DNA from: Octopus bimaculoides
Taxonomy: Eukaryota
DNA: 64,000 bases
Assembly: GCF_001194135.2 (NCBI RefSeq)
Contig: NC_068981.1
Coordinates: 70,236,627-70,300,626 of the forward strand
Direction of reading: 5' to 3'
The notes under the pieces were generated by a model, which was not told the DNA's origin, searched no databases, and saw only the letters and a list, made by a program, of their open reading frames with translations. This document shows positions 35,810 through 48,559 of the stretch, in pieces (the first letter of the stretch is position 1; each line of letters starts with the position of its first letter). Made by a program: the position numbers and the translations under genes.

Positions 35810-37771
35810 GCTGCAGATAGTGTTGGATACAAAGGAAAATAATCAGAACCTCAAGAACCATACTGGCGTAGACGAATTTTTGAGAAACATTTAAAAATAT
35901 ATTTCGGACAAGTTGGTAGATTGAGAACAGAGGAATTTCAAAACGAAAGCTTAAGAATAATGCTGGAAAGAACATATAGAATGAGAGATAAAGTTTATGA
36001 TGTGATATTGGGAGAATTGAAACAAAGGGTAGTCACAACAAAGCAAAAATGGAAAGATATGACAAGAGAAAAATCAGTTCAGGCATAACAGATTGTTTGA
36101 AGCAAATCAGAAGATGCTGATTCAAGAACTAAATGGCAAATACACGTAACAATGATGCCAGATGCAGCGAAAGCTAGGTATTCTGGAGAGGGATCTGGGA
36201 CCAACCTGTAGAGCATAATGATGAAGCGCAGTGGCTCCATGATATCCAAGATAGGTTAAGAAATATAGAGGTCCAAGAAGAAAAAGATAACTACAGAAAT
36301 GAAAAAAAGCAGTTAAGAAAATTCTCAAACTTAAAGAGCCCAAGGGTATTGGATGTAGAAGCTGACAGGGCTCTATGAATGGATAGTACAACAGCTATAT
36401 GAGGGCTTTCAGGAATTAACTGTCCCCTGCTGGATGACGAAGAAAAAGACATTGTTATTTTCCAGGGAGCCTGAAAAGGGAAATGCCGCATCCAACTTTA
36501 GACGAATAACATAACATACCTTCCGCTAATGTGGAAACTAATGTCAGGTGCTTTGGCCGGTGTACAGATACTTGGTAAAAAGTGGGCTACTACCCATTGA
36601 ACAGAAAAAAGGAGCCGAAAAGGGAGCTGGGGAACTAAGGATCGGCTCTTAATTGATAATCTAATTATCAGGAACTGCAAGAAAAGACATACAAATCTGA
36701 GTATGACATGGCTTGATTATCGCAAAGAATACGATATGATATCACACTCCTAGATAATATGAACAATGGAAATTTATGGAGTAGCAAACAATATGAGAAC
36801 CTTATACGGAATAGCACGAGATGCTAGAGAACGGAATTAACAGCAGCGAAGCATGTACTAGAAGGAATCTTCCAAGGGAACAGTGTGTCCCCACTGATAT
36901 TCGTGCTGGGAATGATCCCTTTGAGGGAAATCTTACAGAAAACAAAGTTGGGGTATGATCTGAGAAGAGGTAAGGGAAAACTAAATCACATGCTATTCAT
37001 TGTTGACCTGAGGCATAACTAGACAACCTAGTCCACTGTGCGGATTTTCTCCAATGATATTAAGATGGAGTTTGGACTCTCAGAATGTGCCATGATGGTG
37101 ATGAGACAAGGAAAGCTTACCAGGACAGAAAGCATATGGTTGCCAAGTGGTGAAACGATGAAGGCAATTCAACCTCAATACAGCAATAAATACAAGGGAA
37201 TACTTGAAGCAGGTGGAATCAAACACCATGACATGAAAGAAAGGACAAAAAGATAGTTCCTGCAGCGATTCAGAAAAATATTGGCTTCAAAGCAGAATGC
37301 CAGGAATATAATTTCGGCAATAAACTCTGGAGCAATCGCTGTAGTTCTGTTGACGCTGGAATCCTGAAGTGGACAGAGGAGGAGCTAAAGGAGTTGGACA
37401 AGAAGTCAAGAAAGCTCATCATCCACATGCAGACACTGATCGCCTATGCATGAAGAGATTAAATGTAGAAAGGGTACTGACAAGTGTGGAAGACTGCGTG
37501 CATATTGAACACAAGAGCTTAATGAGAAACCGAGCCCAAAGTAAGGAAACCTTGATAGTGACATTTACGAAGAATGAGGGAATATTGAGAGCAGAAAAAA
37601 GGAGAAAACAAAGGAAGAAGTATAAAAAGGACATGAAGAAGAATTACGCAAGAAGGGACTACACAATCAATTCCATGTAGCCAGAACAGAAGTGGCTGGA
37701 AAAATTAAGTGGTTTTGGCTGATAAAAGGAACCCTGAAAAAGAGACCGCAAGCACTATAAATAATAATAAT
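35810..37771 (+). mobile_element. R4/Dong-like relic (pre-RT region and RT), 3'-truncated at a short (AAT)3
   Basis: EPYWRRRI; LPLMWKLMSG; LPIEQK..GTKDRLLIDNLIIRNCKKRHTNLSMTWLDYRKEYDMISHS; GIFQGNSVSPLIFVLGMIPL; NHMLFIVDL; IKMEFGLSECA. Confidence 0.9.
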
Positions 37772-37790
37772 CCTTTCTACTAAAGTATTT

Positions 37791-37935
37791 CACTGGTTCT
37801 TATTGTATCGACCCCGAATGATGAAAGGCAAAGTCGACCTCGGCGGAATTACAACTCTTTATCTTCTGAGTTCAAATTCCACCGAGGTCGACTTTGCCTT
37901 TCATCCATTCGGGGTCCATAAATCAAGTATCAGTG
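37791..37935. mobile_element. Two head-to-head Nin-domain-like SINE fragments forming an inverted repeat
   Basis: ATCGACCCCGAATGATGAAAGGCAAAGTCGACCTCGGCGGAATT (to 37850) and AATTCCACCGAGGTCGACTTTGCCTTTCATCCATTCGGGGTC (from 37875). Confidence 0.85.
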
Positions 37936-37979
37936 GAACATTGGTGTCTACATAATCAACTATCCTCATCACCAAAATT

Positions 37980-38990
37980 TCAGAAAGGATTGTTAATGTT
38001 GTTGTTACTATTATTATTGACGCTATGTGCATTGCTACTGGTTATTTTGATATTTCCCCTTTTTATATCCGATATAATGCTTTCTAGGTGTCAAAGTTCA
38101 ACGCCACTTCCTCATAGTGACTCATGGACACGGATCAAGTAAGCCATAGACAATTGGCGTGAACTTGTTTCGTTAAATTTGAAATGGAAATTCTTATCCG
38201 ACTTTTTATTGAAAATGTGGTGATATATACTAGATGGGACAACAATTTTTCCTTAGAGTAGCAAATCGCTTTTAAGAAAATTTCTTTATAATATTAGCTG
38301 TCCAAGAGGAGTCGAATCATATTATATCATCATTGTGTAAGTTCAGCCTGTTTTTCGATTTGTAGCATCTCAATTTTCAAGCTCTACTAGTACAATCAAA
38401 ATTATCGGTAATATTATTTCTACTCATATTATTGCTAATTGTGTTTTGACCGCTACTGTTATGAAGTCTATTCGTATGAGTAACATTAGTGTAATGATTA
38501 TTAAATTTATTACTACATTCATTATTATTGTTAATCTTCAATACAGTTTTATCATTATTACGAATATCAATTACAGAACTATTACTGCCAGTATTGATAT
38601 CAGTGCAATTCCTACCCTTTGTTTTCCGTTTCATCAAGAGCTTCATTATGTACGTATTATTACTATCATGATGATCATTATCATTATTAATACAAGTTTT
38701 GTCAGTAAATGCAATTTGTTCAAATTGCTATAACGGTAAGCTGCATAATATGTATTATTTTCATTCTTATTTTGTTCTATTCACAAATTCTTAGATTTTT
38801 ACTGTTATTGTTAATATTGTACGTAATTGTATTTCTGTGTGTTTTTGCTTGTACTATCGTCTATTGTATGATCTCTCAATTTACCAGTCGTGGGGAGATA
38901 GCTAATGCTTTGTATGTAATCGGCTTTTATTAAGACCTCGTTATGCGAATACATCAAAAAAATTCTACCGAAACAACAGCAGTAAATTTT
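37980..38990 (-). mobile_element. Penelope-like relic: linker domain embedded in Asn-rich tracts
   Basis: N-rich frames (ORF 38377-38646), then DDII*FDSSWTANIIKKF..PSSIYHHIFNKKS(fs)IRISISNLTKQVHAN, resembling IIWFNPP.S.N...F...H.IFN..T.K.SYS..N....HN. More AAC/AAT codons follow. Confidence 0.6.
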
Positions 38991-39089
38991 AAAATCCATG
39001 TGTGTACTTTTTATACTTATGCCAAACGTGGAACCCTGACTCGAATCTACTGCTTATATTGGATTTAGTAGGTTCATATTTCCATAGTC

Positions 39090-39350
39090 ACGTGGCTTAG
39101 TGGCTAGGATATTCGGCAAAACAATTTACTCTACGTTACTTTAGTCCCCTCAGCTGGCAAAAATGAGCTGTACCTGTATTTCAAAGGGCCGGCCTTGTCA
39201 CACTCTGTGTCGCGCTGAATCTGAGAACTACATTAAGGGTACACGTGTCTATGGAGTACTACGCCACATGCGTGCTAATTCCACGAGCGAGCTGTTCCGT
39301 TGATTAGATCAACTGGAAACCTCTCCATCGTCACCGGCGGAATACCAGTT
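39090..39350 (+). mobile_element. Older, deleted copy of the tRNA-Arg-like SINE at 62398
   Basis: TCAAAGGGCCGGCCTTGTCACACTCTGTGTCGCGCTGAATC..CTACATTAAGGGTACACGTGTCT..GATCAACTGGAA is shared with 62590-62770. Confidence 0.8.
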
Positions 39351-39497
39351 TTATATTTATATATCTGCGGTAAACTATTACTACTACTACATGATACCTC
39401 GTTGTTGCTTTACCTCACTGCGAACTCAAGTCCTGGCGTCTTGTTGATGAGCCCACATTCTAATGAATCATGTAACTAATTCATATTAATTTCGTTG

Positions 39498-39586
<89 letters not shown>

Positions 39587-39629
39587 NNNNNNNNNNNNNN
39601 NNNNNNNNNNNNNNNNNNNNNNNNNNNNN

Positions 39630-39848
39630 CATTTTAGTACCGGTTTCCGTCATTTTAGAGTTTTTCAAACAAGAGTAAAATAAGAAAAACAATTAGAGAA
39701 AAATTAAGTGAAATGTTTTGTAAATATTTTCATAGACTTTGAAACATTCAAAACATTTCACTTAATTATTTTCTCCAAGTTAATCGTTTTTTCTTATTTT
39801 ACACTTAGTTGAAAAAAGTCTAAAATGACGGAAACCGGTCCTAAAATG
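39630..39848. mobile_element. 219-bp palindromic MITE (TA-flanked, Tc1/mariner-like)
   Basis: About 95-bp imperfect TIRs starting CATTTTAG(T/G)ACCGGTTTCCGTCATTTTAGA. The right end is followed by TA and the left flank is in a gap. Confidence 0.82.
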
Positions 39849-40096
39849 TACTTCATGATTAAATTATTTTTGCATTTTCTACCTTGTCTTATTTTCCTTA
39901 TAAATATCAACTCATGCGTTACTTTTCTACCTTCTACATACATACATACATACATATACATATAATATATATATAGGTATTCTGGGTATTCTGATTTTAT
40001 GTCTCATAGCTGGCCGCCAACACTTTTTTCTGCAAAATAGGGGTAGCTTATCCTGTTCAGGCTATATTATTTGTTTGTTTACGTTCATCGTAATTT

Positions 40097-40565
40097 GAGT
40101 GGCTGTGTGGTAAGTAGCTTGCTTACTAACCACATGGTTCCGGGTTCAGTCCCACTGCGTGGCATCTTGGGCAAATGTCTTCTACTATAGCATCGGGCCG
40201 ACCAAAGCCTTGTGAGTGGATTTGGTAGACGGAAACTGAAAGAAGCCCGTCGTATATATGNNNNNNNNNNNNNNNNNNNNNNNNNNNNNNNNNNNNNNNN
40301 NNNNNNNNNNNNNNNNNNNNNNNNNNNNNNNNNNNNNNNNNNNNNNNNNNNNNNNNNNNNNNNNNNNNNNNNNNNNNNNNNNNNNNNNNNNNNNNNNNNN
40401 NNNNNNNNNNNNNNNNNNNNNNNNNNNNNNNNNNNNNNNNNNNNNNNNNNNNNNNNNNNNNNNNNNNNNNNNNNNNNNNNNNNNNNNNNNNNNNNNNNGC
40501 TCGACTAAAGGTGGTGCTCCAGCATGGCCGCAGTCAAATGACTGAAACAAGTAAAAGAGTAAAAG
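40097..40565 (+). mobile_element. tRNA-derived SINE (same family as 32523) with its internal microsatellite in a gap
   Basis: GAGTGGCTGTGTGGTAAGTAGC..GGGTTCAGTCCC..CTCGACTAAAGGTGGTGCTCCAGCATGGCCGCAGTCAAATGACTGAAACAAGTAAAAG. Confidence 0.9.
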
Positions 40566-42552
40566 ATATATATATATAACACATTAAAAATAGGTACATG
40601 CATACGTACATTCATATACACATGCCATTATAATGTGGAACCTCGCTCACATGTATGTTATCGTTAGCACTGTAATATTCTTCTCGCCACTATTATGTTG
40701 TGGCGGTATTCCGCGTCTTATTGTTTTCTGACACGTCTATCTTGCTATCGCTGATAACTCAGCAAGACAATAGCTCTAATACTACTCACTTATTCTTTAT
40801 TACCTACGTGGGACATACGAAGAGGGGCAATACAAGGACGGGCAAACATATAAGTGGGGAGAAAAAAAGAAAAAAAGAAAAAAGAATAGAAAAGGTGGAT
40901 ATGAATGATGAAAAATGGAATGAAGGCCACTCGACGCTACATCCGAGCGATCTCATTTATGTCTTTTACGCAATCCTTTTTTTTTTACAACATTAATTCG
41001 TTACAAAAAATTCTTGAGTTTAAGATGATTAAAGGCAATTTGGTGTTAGCTTACTTACATTTACCTCTTTTTCTAAGTCTCCGCACTGTTTCAGTGCGTG
41101 TCTTCTTGTGTCGCTTTTAGGGTGAGTGTGCATCGTGTGCAAGTGACATTATTGCGAGTGAAGTTATGCTCGAGTGTGTACAATGAACTATCGTGTATGA
41201 GACGTTTTTGCATAGCCGTTTTGGCACCACTTCTTTGGCGTCTCAGATTCCACGTTGATATATTTGACACTATACGAAAACTCCTCACATTATTTCTCTC
41301 TTCTACTCCTTTCTCTCTCCCTCTCCCTCTTTTCTTTCTCTGCCTCGATCCCTCTGTACTTATGTAGGCCAATATAAGTTGTGTGTGTATTTCTTTGATT
41401 ACTATATGTCCATGCACGCGTCTGTTTGGCTCCTATGACAGAAAGCACAGTCACCAAAACATATTGCATGCGCATCTCTGCCGCACCAAATCCCCATTCG
41501 CTGAAATGCTTCGTCTGTTCGTCTCATTTTGAGATCTATCGACTTTTAGTTTAGCTCCTTACATCGTTTTAGCTTGTGTCATTATGCTATGTACATATAA
41601 GTACCTTGTCTTTGAGTCTTTATATGTATGCATACATATCTTTCACATTTTATCTTCCCGAGTGTTCACTTCTATACGCATACAAATATATTCAAAATTT
41701 TTAAGCACTAACGCGTCTTTAATTATTTTACCACCAAAGTGAAATCAAGAATGCAGCTGTAGTATATATTCAAATTTAGGAATCTCATAAAGTGCTCATT
41801 TTTAACTTGAATGTATGCATTCCAATGCGTATGTTCGTTACGTTAGTTTGCTCTCAATATATATACTATTTATTCTCTTATTCTGTAATTCAGTTTCTTC
41901 TCTTTCATTGGACTGTATACATGAAATTTCAACTGATATTTTATTAGTGTGGTACGAATTTGTTTTTTATATTTGATGCTAGAGTTCATACGATTTACTT
42001 GCGTTCATTTAGGTAACTACATGTTGCGATGTAAATAACACAGGATTTACACTGGAATACACTAACATATTCAAAATACAGATATGTATGCAATATGGCG
42101 GAGGGAAAAACCCTGGTTGTTATAAATAATAAATAAAATTATAGATAATAAATAAAACTATGATAGTGCTTCACATAATTAGTTACACAAATTATATCAA
42201 CTGAGACTGTACTTACAACTAGTTAACAAAAATTCCCTCTACGACTGATTAAACATCTAAATATAATAAACGAGTGAGATATTTCTTTCATCTTCAATTA
42301 AATGAAATTTTGAAAATATATACATTATATAGTAATGTAATAAAAGTTATTGTCTTTAAGCAATTGACATGTTTCTGTATTAATCTGCTCAGATTGCAAA
42401 ACTGCAGGTAGCCAATGTACAAAAAAAAAAATGGCCAGAAGTCTCAGGCAACTCATCGCATAAAAGCGTTAAATAAATTATATGCTGCAATTTTTAATAT
42501 ATTCCCAATATATCCTCTGGTATATATTTTCACATTATCTGTCGCCGTCATC

Positions 42553-42830
42553 TCTTATTTTTAACTTGTTTCACTCATTCGGCTGCGGCCATTTTAGGGC
42601 ACTACCTTGAATAGTTACGTCAAACAAAACAGACCAGTACTTATCTGTTAAAAGCCAGGAACTTTTCGATCTGTTTTGCTGAAGCATTAACTGAAACATA
42701 AATATACAAACACCGCTTGTCAAGTAGCGGGTTAGAGCCGTAAGAGTCCTCCACAAGGAACCGTGCAATGGAAGCGAACCCGCAACTCGTGGTTGCAAAT
42801 CGAGTTTCTTCAACTTACAGCCATGCCTGC
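42553..42830 (-). mobile_element. Old copy of the same SINE family
   Basis: The reverse complement has a GCAGGCATGGCTGT head and a GCCGCAGCCGAATGAGTGAAACAAGT tail. Confidence 0.7.
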
Positions 42831-43161
42831 ATTTTAATACAGTATAATATTACAGTATAATATTTTCAAAGAAACCTTTGAGATCGAAAAATTTCAAAGA
42901 AAATATTTCTAAAACTGTTTTATGAAATCTGTATTGCTATAGCTTGAAACACGTTCAATACAAAATATAATTTCAAATTATCAAGAGGATAAATATTGAT
43001 TGCATAGCACAGCCTCAGTCATATCAAACAAATTTCATAATGGAATATATAGGAATTATCGAATTTGTTAGGAAATATAAGTTGTATAATGTCGCAATAG
43101 CGGGAAAATAGAACTAAATAGCATATCTTCACACATTTATAGTGATGTAAATATGAATACG

Positions 43162-43238
<77 letters not shown>

Positions 43239-46200
43239 GTGCATGTGTGTGTGTGTATGAGTGTGTGTGTATGAGTGTGTGTGTATATGAGTGTGCGTGT
43301 ATGTATGTATGTATATCTATATGAGTGTGCGTGTGCGTATGTATGTATGTATGTATGTGTTTGAAGAAATACTTTCTTGCATTAAAAATTAGTAATTATA
43401 GAAAAGAACTTTTAAATATTTTTTTTTAAATAAAAATGATACAAATCTTCTGGAAGGAAGTCTTTTCGCTGTTTACTGTTTCTCATACACATTTCAAATG
43501 GGGAAATCTGTATAAAGAGACACGAGACTGAGTGGATGCTTGTTCCCGATACTACGACTACAATTAATTTTAATAATTTCTCAAATGATTCTGATGACAA
43601 GTGCTGTTAGTTGTTATCTATTTGATGGCATAGCATCCAGTTTAGAAGCGTTTTAGTCTCATAGTCATCTGAACGACTTTAAACCCCACATCATATTCAA
43701 CCTCATGATCCTATCTCATGAAGCCTCATTTGATTTAATCTGTAGGCTCGAAGCAAAAGTACCGCTTTCGGAACCTGATCAATTTGTAACAGCAACATGA
43801 TTTGTTTTGCATTTCGCTTATACTACGCATTCGCAATATATATTTAAATGCTTAATGCTTATTAGCGATCACCGTACACTATACTTGTTTCATGTTGTAT
43901 ATATGTGTGAGTGCATGATGGAGAAAAAAAAATTTGCATTTTTTATATAGTTTTATAAACTCTACATATAGCAATATATATAAAAATAAAGCAAAAAGAA
44001 AAAGGTTAATCGATTAATACCAGTACAAATACGAAGAAAATTGACTTATAGTTCATCAGAATATCTGAAAAAAGAACAGAAAAAAATAATTTCACAGAAG
44101 GCTAATGGTGTCCAGTTGGAACCCAATGAGCATATTTTATGCTATAAGATCCATATCACTGGAAAGTTTTAACTCAAAATGTATATGTGCATACATAAAC
44201 TATTGGCAATAAAAGCAATGAGATATAAAGTAATTTAAATAAAAAATCTAAACTTTGGATAACTTTTTTTTATTTTCTGGGGCCCCAAAGGACCTCGCCG
44301 GCCCATGATGGGTCAAACTTATAAAATATTATTATTATCATTTACAGATGTGTAAAATTCGGCACCGTTTACGAATTAATCGCATAAAATTTCTGTGAAA
44401 ACCTAATCTCTGCGTTGTTATGTGGGTTTTTTTTTTTCTAAAATATATTTAAACCGTTACATTCGTTGTTCCACTGACACTTTTGAAAGGGAATATTTGT
44501 GTTTCAAAAGATAAAACGAAAACTTTTGAAAACCACACTGCCATGTCTATTAAAACTGTTAAAATTATATGATGAGTTCCAACTATTAAGATACACGTAG
44601 AAAGCAACAAATCAACGTACACAATTCAACTAAATTTTCTAAATGAGTGCGTATTGATTATCGAATAAATTATNNNNNNNNNNNNNNNNNNNNNNNNNNN
44701 NNNNNNNNNNNNNNNNNNNNNNNNNNNNNNNNNNNNNNNNNNNNNNNNNNNNNNNNNNNNNNNNNNNNNNNNNNNNNNNNNNNNNNNNNNNNNNNNNNNN
44801 NNNNNNNNNNNNNNNNNNNNNNNNNNNNNNNNNNNNNNNNNNNNNNNNNNNNNNNNNNNNNNNNNNNNNNNNNNNNNNNNNNNNNNNNNNNNNNNNNNNN
44901 NNNNNNNNNNNNNNNNNNNNNNNNNNNNNNNNNNNNNNNNNNNNNNNNNNNNNNNNNNNNNNNNNNNNNNNNNNNNNNNNNNNNNNNNNNNNNNNNNNNN
45001 NNNNNNNNNNNNNNNNNNNNNNNNNNNNNNNNNNNNNNNNNNNNNNNNNNNNNNNNNNNNNNNNNNNNNNNNNNNNNNNNNNNNNNNNNNNNNNNNNNNN
45101 NNNNNNNNNNNNNNNNNNNNNNNNNNNNNNNNNNNNNNNNNNNNNNNNNNNNNNNNNNNNNNNNNNNNNNNNNNNNNNNNNNNNNNNNNNNNNNNNNNNN
45201 NNNNNNNNNNNNNNNNNNNNNNNNNNNNNNNNNNNNNNNNNNNNNNNNNNNNNNNNNNNNNNNNNNNNNNNNNNNNNNNNNNNNNNNNNNNNNNNNNNNN
45301 NNNNNNNNNNNNNNNNNNNNNNNNNNNNNNNNNNNNNNNNNNNNNNNNNNNNNNNNNNNNNNNNNNNNNNNNNNNNNNNNNNNNNNNNNNNNNNNNNNNN
45401 NNNNNNNNNNNNNNNNNNNNNNNNNNNNNNNNNNNNNNNNNNNNNNNNNNNNNNNNNNNNNNNNNNNNNNNNNNNNNNNNNNNNNNNNNNNNNNNNNNNN
45501 NNNNNNNNNNNNNNNNNNNNNNNNNNNNNNNNNNGTGTGGTTGTGTATGTGAGGAGCGTGTATAATTATTTATTGGATAAGGTAGGAAGATAGATACACT
45601 GATATTTACCAATTTCCGCAGCTGGACCATATTTAATTAATATGTTTTTGAAATACGACATTTTATTTTCATTTACTGAATAATTAATAAACGTATTTTC
45701 CCCTTTTCTTTCCACTATAGTTAATATAGTTCATATGTTGCTACATATGTTAGAGAGATAATGTGAGTTTTGTCACGCAATTGTGGCTATAGATTTTTCT
45801 TTTTAAGTTTTAACGTAAATAAATGTGCATTCCGTTTTCAAACTTTTCAAACTTTTCCAACTTTAGCTATACACATATATACATTTGTATGTGTGTGTGT
45901 GTGTGTGTGTATGTGTGTGTGTGTAATTATGATTACAAAACTATTCCTTGAATACTGTGTTGATTGAAATTTGCATAGGCAGATATCTATTATGGCATTG
46001 TAGATACATAATTTAAGTCTACCGGTATGAGAGGAGCAAAATTTGTAACGGCAATTCGGTTTAATGTTTAATATTTCTATACGGTTTAGAGAAGATGCTG
46101 TGTTCGAATTCTGCAGACGACGTTATAGTTTTGTACGCTTTGTTATATATTACAAAGATATTGTATGAACTTACACACAAATATATATATATATGAAAAA

Positions 46201-46742
46201 CGCTATAACATAACAAATTTTATTCTAGAGTTTGTGTAAAGTTTGTGGTAATACTCTAAACCTTATTAATGATAATGTTGTTATTAAGAATGAGCTCCCA
46301 TGAAGAAACCAAGCCCAAAGTTAAGTGTGCTTTATACATAGAGTAGAGGAAGAAGTTACCCCAACATACTAAATCATGATGTTTAACGGAGAATTTTTTT
46401 TTTTTTTTTCATTTTTAAGTGGCTTTTTTCAACATACTAACATCCATAGAGTAGCTAAACCCACTCCGCGTTATTCTATTTTACTGAAAATTTGATAATA
46501 TTTGTTTTGTGATCAGAGTTTTAGTTTCTGCTCGAGTAATTCAGCGCATTTTGTATGTGATACATTTAAAAATGATTTCATCTCATTTTATTTTTTATTC
46601 GTTGATTTATTTCCCTTTTCCTTTTATTAGATATGTCTTCTTTCTTTGAAGGTGCATACATGTACCTAACCGCGTCCCTAGGCTAATTGTACTCTTAATT
46701 AGATAAAGCCCAACATTGAAAACTATTGGTAAATAGATATCG

Positions 46743-47751
46743 ATGAATTACTTCCTAACTGCTGTTATCAATATGGAAAATCAGAGAAGCAGTACAATTA
46801 GTATTAGATATGAAACAATGAATAATATAGTAGCGAGTGTGATTGAAAAAGAATAATGTGAAGTGAAGAAAACATCTGGAAGATTAGAGTAAATTCCTGA
46901 GAGATCAGACATTAAAGAGAAAGATATTAAATATCGACGTGCACTTTAAGCGGCACTTAGAACGTACTTAGGGAGATTTCGAATTATACGCATAAGTGAA
47001 AATCTAGAGGAAAAACAATTTTGTATGACTATGGATTTCGAAGAAGGTTTTCAAAAAAGAAAACCAATTGATTCAAAGAAAGATATAACGAAAACGCAAA
47101 AGTGGGCTACAGAAGTGTGCGACACATTAGACAACTTTTTCCTCGACAATATGGTCTAACAAAGCAAATACTGTCAATTTTACCATTCAAGAATAATATA
47201 TGCATGATGCAACAAAACCAAAGTATGGGTAACTGATTCTTTGCAGAAATTGATAAAAATGGAAGTGTTGGAGTGATCGTGGAAAGGAATTATAAGTGAT
47301 AGGCCTATTAGACATATTTTGAATGAATGAAACTTCTGTCTAATAGTTGGAATTAGTCTATTACTCTTCTATTTTGACCTATGAGCTGATAAGAAGCTGA
47401 GTTCGTTTTCAAGAATTTGTGCCTTATGTAACACAAGATTGAAAAGCATCTCTTAGATTCAAATTGCGGAAATGAGTTGATGAAATCCTACATTTTAATC
47501 CATTAGAACTTATACGGGGACATCTTGATTGATGGTGGCATACAAATTGTCAAATTTTGCATCAAGTACAGAGCAGAAAAGAAGCACCAACTGCGGAATG
47601 CGCATACATCGAGGAATGTGCTAGTGATCATCTAACTGAACCCATGTTCAATAGACTGAGAAGACATGATATTAATTTAAGGAAGACATACGAAGTACTG
47701 AGGCAATACCTCGTTAATTTTGGATACGTTTTCAAGGCGTTTATGAGGTAA
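46743..47751 (+). pseudogene. Unidentified decayed reading frame(s), possibly transposon-derived
   Basis: One frame stays coding-like for about 135 codons with 4 stops (MNYFLTAVINMENQ..YRRAL*AALRTYLGRFRIIRISENLEEKQF..WATEVCDTLDNFF). A further piece is ORF 47557-47751. No family recognised. Confidence 0.3.
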
Positions 47752-47879
47752 ATAAACGCTGTTTTATTACACTAGCTATAATCTTATTGTAGTGTATTAT
47801 ATAATAATAATATCAATGCGCTAACCTTTTGTTTTTGTACATACCTGTTGTGTGCGTCACACATACTTCAAAGAAGTGG

Positions 47880-48285
47880 CAAAGCGAGAGAGAAGAGGAA
47901 AGAGAGGAAGTAAGAGAGAAAGAGAGAGTGAGAAAGTGAGAGAATGAGAAAGAGGGAGAGAGAGAGAGTGAAAGAGACAATGAGTGCTGACGGCGTTCGT
48001 TTTGTGCTTTTAAATGTTTCAGATAGTACGGAAGAGAGAAAGAAAGAGAGTGAGAAAAAGTGAGAAAGAGGAGAGTGAAAGAGATAATGAGTGGTGACGG
48101 CGTTTGTTTTATGTTTTTAAATGTTTATCACAAGAGAAGTAGCAACATAGATACATTTACACATTGTTAAATCAAAAGCGGGAGAGAAGAGGGATACAAA
48201 GGAAGTGAAAGAGAAAGAGAGAAAGTGAGAGAGACAGTTCATACATAGATACATAGACACAGCTTTCAATTTTACTTTTCATTAC
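47880..48285 (+). repeat. GA-rich interspersed repeat with an internal direct duplication; possibly a non-autonomous Helitron-type element
   Basis: GAGTGAAAGAGA(C/T)AATGAGTG(C/G)TGACGGCGTT.GTTTT.TG.TTTTAAATGTTT occurs at about 47965 and 48073. Confidence 0.4.
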
Positions 48286-48289
48286 CTCA

Positions 48290-48420
48290 CGAGAATAAAA
48301 TTAACTCACAAATGGCTGAGTTCTCCACAGACATGCATAACATTAACATAGTTCTCAGGGAGATTCAGCCTCACACAGAATATGACAAGGCAGGTCCCTT
48401 TAAATTACACCCACAACTTG
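48290..48420 (-). mobile_element. SINE body fragment (62398 family)
   Basis: Reverse complement AAAGGGACCTGCCTTGTCA..GCTGAATCTCCCTGAGAACTATGTTAA. Confidence 0.65.
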
Positions 48421-48559
48421 AGACATATATATATGAATGGATTTGTGTGTGTGTAGTATAGGCTAGTTAAAAAATATGTTTGCAATAATAAGTATTACGT
48501 GGTGGAAATAAATGCAATTACCAAAGTTTCATTCATAAATCTATTTATCATTTCGTTCA

